From Chloroflexota bacterium (GTDB lineage Bacteria; Chloroflexota; Limnocylindria; Limnocylindrales; CSP1-4): 64,000 bases of DNA. A model generated the notes under the pieces. It saw only the letters and a program-made list of their open reading frames with translations. It was not told the origin of the DNA and ran no database searches. The DNA is taken from positions 55,873-119,872 of the forward strand of contig JAXLXC010000003.1 of assembly GCA_046328155.1 (NCBI GenBank), written 5' to 3'. Below, in pieces: positions 59,971 to 64,000 of this stretch (positions are counted from its first letter, which is position 1; each line of letters begins with the position of its first letter). A program made the position numbers and the translations under genes.

Positions 59971-61128
59971 GTGAGCGGGTCGGGGAGTGCCACGACCTCC
60001 GCGAGCCGTGCGGGCGTGGTGGAGGTCGTGGACCTGCGCAAGAGCTTCGGCGCCGTCGACGCGCTCGCCGGCGTCTCGTTCCGTCTGGAGCCGGGCACCT
60101 TCTATGCGCTCCTGGGGCCGTCGGGCTGTGGCAAGACCACGCTGCTGCGGCTCCTGGCGGGGTTCGAGCACCCCACCAGCGGCAGCATCCTCATCGGCGA
60201 CGCGGATGTCGCGCAGGTGCCGCCCTATCGTCGGCCCGTCAACACGGTGTTCCAGCACTACGCGCTGTTCCCGCACATGGACGTGGCTCGGAACGTGGGC
60301 TACGGCCTGCGCCAGCAGCGGCCCGGCCCCGACAAGCAGGAGCAGCAGCGTCGCATCGACGAGGCGCTGGGCCTGGTCCGGCTCACCGGGTTCGGCCACC
60401 GGCGGTCATGGGAGCTGTCGGGTGGCCAGCAGCAGCGCGTGGCGCTCGCCCGGGCGATCATCAACCGACCCACGGTGCTGCTGCTGGACGAGCCCCTGGG
60501 CGCGCTCGACCTCAAGCTCCGACGCGAGATGCAGGTCGAGCTCAAGCAGCTCCAGGAGCAGCTGGGCATCACGTTCATCTTCGTGACTCACGACCAGGAC
60601 GAGGCGCTCTCCATGGCCGACCGGGTGGCCGTGATGCGTGAGGGGCGGATCCTCCAGGACGGGCCGCCGGCCCACATCTACGACCGCCCCGTGGACCCCT
60701 GGGTGGCCAGCTTCATCGGCCACATGAACTTCCTGCCGGGGACCGTCGAGGATGCCGCCGGTCCGGGTGCGGTGCGGCTGGAGCGTGGCCCCGTGCTCCG
60801 AGGCGAGCTGCCCGACGAGCCCATCGGGGTTGGCGAGCGCGCCCTCCTTGCCGTGCGCCCGGAGCGGATCTGGCTGGCGCACGCGGGTCGCAACGGCTCG
60901 GGGCCCGACCACCCGGGCAACCGGTTCGGCGGTCGCCTGGTGCGCACCGTGTTCATGGGCGACAAGGTGGAGCACGTCGTGGACGCGCCCCAGCTGGGCA
61001 CGCTCGTCATCTCGGCACCCAACGTGGAGGTCCCCGGGGGCAACGCCCCCGTCATGGGAGAGGAGGTCGTGGTCGGCTGGACGGATGACGCCGCACGGAT
61101 CATCAGGGAACGATCGCCGGGGGCCTGA
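59971..61128 (+). CDS. potA: Spermidine/putrescine ABC transporter ATP-binding protein
   Basis: GTG start. Walker A GPSGCGKTTLLR, signature [15 protein letters not shown], Walker B LLLDEPLGALD, plus a C-terminal TOBE/MOP-like domain. Confidence 0.85.
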   Translation: MSGSGSATTSASRAGVVEVVDLRKSFGAVDALAGVSFRLEPGTFYALLGPSGCGKTTLLRLLAGFEHPTSGSILIGDADVAQVPPYRRPVNTVFQHYALFPHMDVARNVGYGLRQQRPGPDKQEQQRRIDEALGLVRLTGFGHRRSWELSGGQQQRVALARAIINRPTVLLLDEPLGALDLKLRREMQVELKQLQEQLGITFIFVTHDQDEALSMADRVAVMREGRILQDGPPAHIYDRPVDPWVASFIGHMNFLPGTVEDAAGPGAVRLERGPVLRGELPDEPIGVGERALLAVRPERIWLAHAGRNGSGPDHPGNRFGGRLVRTVFMGDKVEHVVDAPQLGTLVISAPNVEVPGGNAPVMGEEVVVGWTDDAARIIRERSPGA

Positions 61129-61158
61129 GGCCGCCCGCGCACGGAGGAGGTTGGATCG

Positions 61159-62289
61159 ATGCGACCAGAGCACGACATGATGCGGAGGCTGCTCCGGGCG
61201 CGCATGGACCGGCGACGGTTCCTCGCGGCCTCGGGAGCGACGATGGGCGCGCTGGCCATGGGTGCGACGCGCGTGGCGCGGGCGCAGTCCCCGGCCGCGG
61301 TGGACCTGGGTGACACGCTCAACCTGGCGACCTGGCCCAACTACCACAGCCCGGACACGCTCCAGGCGTTCACCGATGCGACGGGCGTGGCCGTCAACAT
61401 GACGACCTATGGCTCCACCGAGGAGATGGAGGCCAAGATCCGCGCGGGCAACAGCGGCATCGACGTGGTGGTACCCAGCCAGTACGCCATCCAGGCGTGG
61501 ACCGCCGATGGCCTGCTGGCGGCGCTCGACTACAGCCAGCTGCCCAACGTGGACCTGTCCACCTGGGATCCCCTGTTCGTGAACCAGGGCTTCGACCCGG
61601 GCAACCAGTACACCATCCCCAAGAACTGGGGCACCACGGGAATCGCCTTCTGGAGCGACCAGGTCGACCCGGCGCCTGCCAGCTGGGCGGACTTCTTCCG
61701 GATGGCCGGCGAGGACGCCTACGCCCAGCGGTTCCAGATCGTGGACCACCAGATCTCGTCGATGGGCTCGGCCGCCGTGGGCATGGGCTACTCCCTCAAC
61801 ACCGTGGACGAGACCGAGCTCAACGCGGTCGCGGACATGCTCATCGCGCTCAAGCCCAAGCTGTATGCCATCAGCAGCGACGTCCAGCCGCCGCTGCGCA
61901 ACCAGGACACGCTCGCCACCATCGCGTGGACGGGCGACGGCGTCACGGTGGTCCGGGACAACCCCGACGCCGCGAAGTACATCGTTGCCAGCGACGGCGG
62001 CGAGCTGTGGGTGGACTCATGGTCCATCGCCGCGGACGCACCCCACAAGGCCGCCGCATATGCGTACCTCGACTTCATCCTCCAGCCCGAGAACAGCGCC
62101 ATCGACACCGAGTTCATCCTGTTCCCGCACGCCAACCCGGCCGTCAAGGAGCTGCTCTCCCCGGAGGTCGCCGACAACCCGGTGATCTACCCGCCCACGG
62201 ATCAGCTGCAGAAGCTCACGTTCGCGACCTCCGAGGCCTACAACAGCGCACTGCGCCAGGAGACCTGGGCACGCATCAAGCAGTCCTGA
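61159..62289 (+). CDS. potD: Spermidine/putrescine ABC substrate-binding protein (Tat signal)
   Basis: Twin-arginine leader RRRFLAASGATMGALAMGA, then a PotD/PotF-like PBP domain. Confidence 0.85.
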   Translation: MRPEHDMMRRLLRARMDRRRFLAASGATMGALAMGATRVARAQSPAAVDLGDTLNLATWPNYHSPDTLQAFTDATGVAVNMTTYGSTEEMEAKIRAGNSGIDVVVPSQYAIQAWTADGLLAALDYSQLPNVDLSTWDPLFVNQGFDPGNQYTIPKNWGTTGIAFWSDQVDPAPASWADFFRMAGEDAYAQRFQIVDHQISSMGSAAVGMGYSLNTVDETELNAVADMLIALKPKLYAISSDVQPPLRNQDTLATIAWTGDGVTVVRDNPDAAKYIVASDGGELWVDSWSIAADAPHKAAAYAYLDFILQPENSAIDTEFILFPHANPAVKELLSPEVADNPVIYPPTDQLQKLTFATSEAYNSALRQETWARIKQS

Positions 62290-62333
62290 GCCCGAACGGG
62301 TCGGCAGGGACGGTGGCGGGCGGGGCCTAGGTC

Positions 62334-63179
62334 GTGCGCGAGCGCGCCCGGGCGTTGCTGCTGCTGCCCGCGGGGCTGTGGTACGCCCTGTTCCTCGTCG
62401 GCCCGCTCGTGGTCCTGTTCGTGTTCTCGTTCGGCGTGCGGGCGCCCAACGGCGGCTACGTGCCGGGCTTCACGCTCGACCAGTACGCCCAGATCGGCAC
62501 CCGTGTCACGCCGCTCGTCAACACGGTGTGGTACGCGACCATGGGCACCGTCGCGTGCCTCCTGGTCGCGTACCCGCTCGCCTACTACCTCGCCACCCGC
62601 GCGGGCGACCGCAAGTTCCTGCTGCTCGCGCTGGTGGTGATCCCGCTCTGGACCAGCTTCCTCATCCGGACCTACGCCTGGATGTTCATCCTGGGCAGCA
62701 ACGGCCTGCCCAAGGTCTGGGACGCGCTGGGCCTCGGGCGGCTGGTGCTCCTCAACACGCCCTTCGCGATCGTGCTGGGCATCGTCTACAACTACCTGCC
62801 GCTGATGATCCTGCCCCTGTTCGTGAGTCTCGACCGGCTCGACCGGTCGCTGCTGGAGGGGTCGCGGGACCTGGGCGCGGGGCCGTTCGCCACGTTCCGT
62901 CAGATCACCCTGCCGCTGTCGCTGCCGGGCATCGTCAGCGGCTGCCTGCTGGTGTTCATCCCGGCCATGGGGGAGTACCTCATCCCGGTGCTCCTGGGCG
63001 GCGGCAAGACCTACTTCCTGGGCAACGCGCTCGCCGACCTGTTCCTCCAGTCGCGCAACTGGCCGTTCGGGTCCGCCCTGGGCACGGCGTTCGTGGCCAT
63101 GATGCTGGTGGTCGTGGCGCTCTACGCGGTGCTCACCGCCCGACTCTCGCGCCACCGCCCGGACGCGACGCTGCTGTGA
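62334..63179 (+). CDS. potB: Spermidine/putrescine ABC permease PotB
   Basis: Permease with ...LEGSRDLGAGPFATFRQITLPLSLPGIVSG... (EAA loop). Confidence 0.85.
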   Translation: MRERARALLLLPAGLWYALFLVGPLVVLFVFSFGVRAPNGGYVPGFTLDQYAQIGTRVTPLVNTVWYATMGTVACLLVAYPLAYYLATRAGDRKFLLLALVVIPLWTSFLIRTYAWMFILGSNGLPKVWDALGLGRLVLLNTPFAIVLGIVYNYLPLMILPLFVSLDRLDRSLLEGSRDLGAGPFATFRQITLPLSLPGIVSGCLLVFIPAMGEYLIPVLLGGGKTYFLGNALADLFLQSRNWPFGSALGTAFVAMMLVVVALYAVLTARLSRHRPDATLL

Positions 63180-64000
63180 CGCTCCAGCGCTGGATCGACC
63201 GCGGGCTGCGCTGGTGGACGCTGGGCGTCTACGTGTTCCTGTTCCTGCCCATCGCGGTGGTCATCGTGTTCAGCTTCAACGAGGGCCGCCACGTGGCCCA
63301 GATCACGGGCTTCTCGCTGCGCTGGTACGAGGAGGCCTGGACCGACCAGTTCGTGGTCCGCGCGCTGCGCACCAGCCTCACGATCGCCTTCACGTCAGCG
63401 CTCATCGCGACCGTCATCGGGACCCTCTCCGCGATCGCCATGAACGGCGCCCGGCCAGCCGTCCGCTTCACGTTCGAGATCCTGGTCTACATCGCCATCA
63501 TCGTGCCGGGCATCGTCATCGGCATCTCGACGCTCATCTTCGCGGTCACCGCGTTCGACCTGGTCAACCCCATCATCGCGAGCCTCATCCCCGGCGACCC
63601 GCCCCAGCTGACCCTGGGCCTGGGCACGGTCATCGCGGCGCATGCGATGTTCACGTCGGCGATCGTCAACGTGCTGGTGCGGACGCGCATGGCGGGCATG
63701 GACCGGACGCTCATCGAGGCCTCGTCGGACCTGTATGCCTCACCCTGGCGCACCTTCCGCCAGGTGACCATCCCGCAGTTGCGACCGGCCATCATCGCGG
63801 GCTTCCTGCTCGCCTTCACGTTCAGCTTCGACGACTTCATCGTGGCGTTCTTCACCACCGGTCAGGACCAGACGCTGCCCATCTTCCTGTTCTCGTCCAT
63901 CCGCAAGGGCGTCACACCCGTGGTCAACGCGATCGCCACCGTGCTGCTCACGGTGACCATCAGCTCGCTCGTGGTGGCGTGGCTGGTGGCCGGTCGGCGA
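63176..64000 (+). CDS. potC: Spermidine/putrescine ABC permease PotC, partial; the 3' end runs off the window
   Basis: GTG at 63176 overlapping the potB stop. ...LIEASSDLYASPWRTFRQVTIPQLRPAIIAG... There is no stop within the window, so it is absent from the ORF track. Confidence 0.8.
   Translation, partial: MTLQRWIDRGLRWWTLGVYVFLFLPIAVVIVFSFNEGRHVAQITGFSLRWYEEAWTDQFVVRALRTSLTIAFTSALIATVIGTLSAIAMNGARPAVRFTFEILVYIAIIVPGIVIGISTLIFAVTAFDLVNPIIASLIPGDPPQLTLGLGTVIAAHAMFTSAIVNVLVRTRMAGMDRTLIEASSDLYASPWRTFRQVTIPQLRPAIIAGFLLAFTFSFDDFIVAFFTTGQDQTLPIFLFSSIRKGVTPVVNAIATVLLTVTISSLVVAWLVAGRR

Overview
This is a very high-GC (about 70-72 %) segment that looks actinobacterial; GGAGG-type RBSs and ATGA/GTGA gene overlaps are common. 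Bases 1-12004 carry an essentially complete extracellular contractile injection system / phage-tail-like (eCIS) locus. The structural operon lies on the minus strand: baseplate-J (partial), gp25, PAAR, VgrG-like spike, LysM protein, gp19-like tube, a Pro/Ala-rich putative tape-measure protein, two small proteins, a second tube protein and the sheath. It is transcribed divergently from a plus-strand DUF4255 cap gene and an AAA+ ATPase gene; the ATPase is frameshifted as sequenced. Bases 12-23 kb form an accessory neighbourhood: a secreted Amidase_3 peptidoglycan hydrolase, an alpha/beta hydrolase, a DUF922-like HExxH protein divergently paired with a DUF4157 HExxH protein (an eCIS-associated domain), a LuxR-family regulator, a bitopic membrane protein, a six-repeat IPT/TIG-like secreted protein and two tandem zinc-ribbon/TM paralogs. 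The rest is housekeeping and metabolism: LLM oxidoreductase, aquaporin, nitrilase, an aminotransferase with a NitT/TauT-type ABC importer, a methyltransferase, upp, an asparaginase-II-like gene, a J-domain protein, gltX, and a low-GC islet with an orphan N4/N6 DNA methyltransferase. From 39 to 57 kb there is a large phosphate-homeostasis cluster (OmpR-type RR, DUF47-pit, PAS histidine kinase, SixA-like phosphatase, phoU-pstBACS, CYTH/CHAD-ppk-DUF971, S9 peptidase, Ppx/GppA), followed by deoC, a NUDIX hydrolase and potADBC. No rRNA, tRNA, CRISPR array or transposase was recognised. Many genes between 31 and 39 kb, and the eCIS ATPase, carry single-base homopolymer-type frameshifts. The essential gltX gene is hit repeatedly, which points to sequencing error rather than biology; this limits confidence in exact gene boundaries there.
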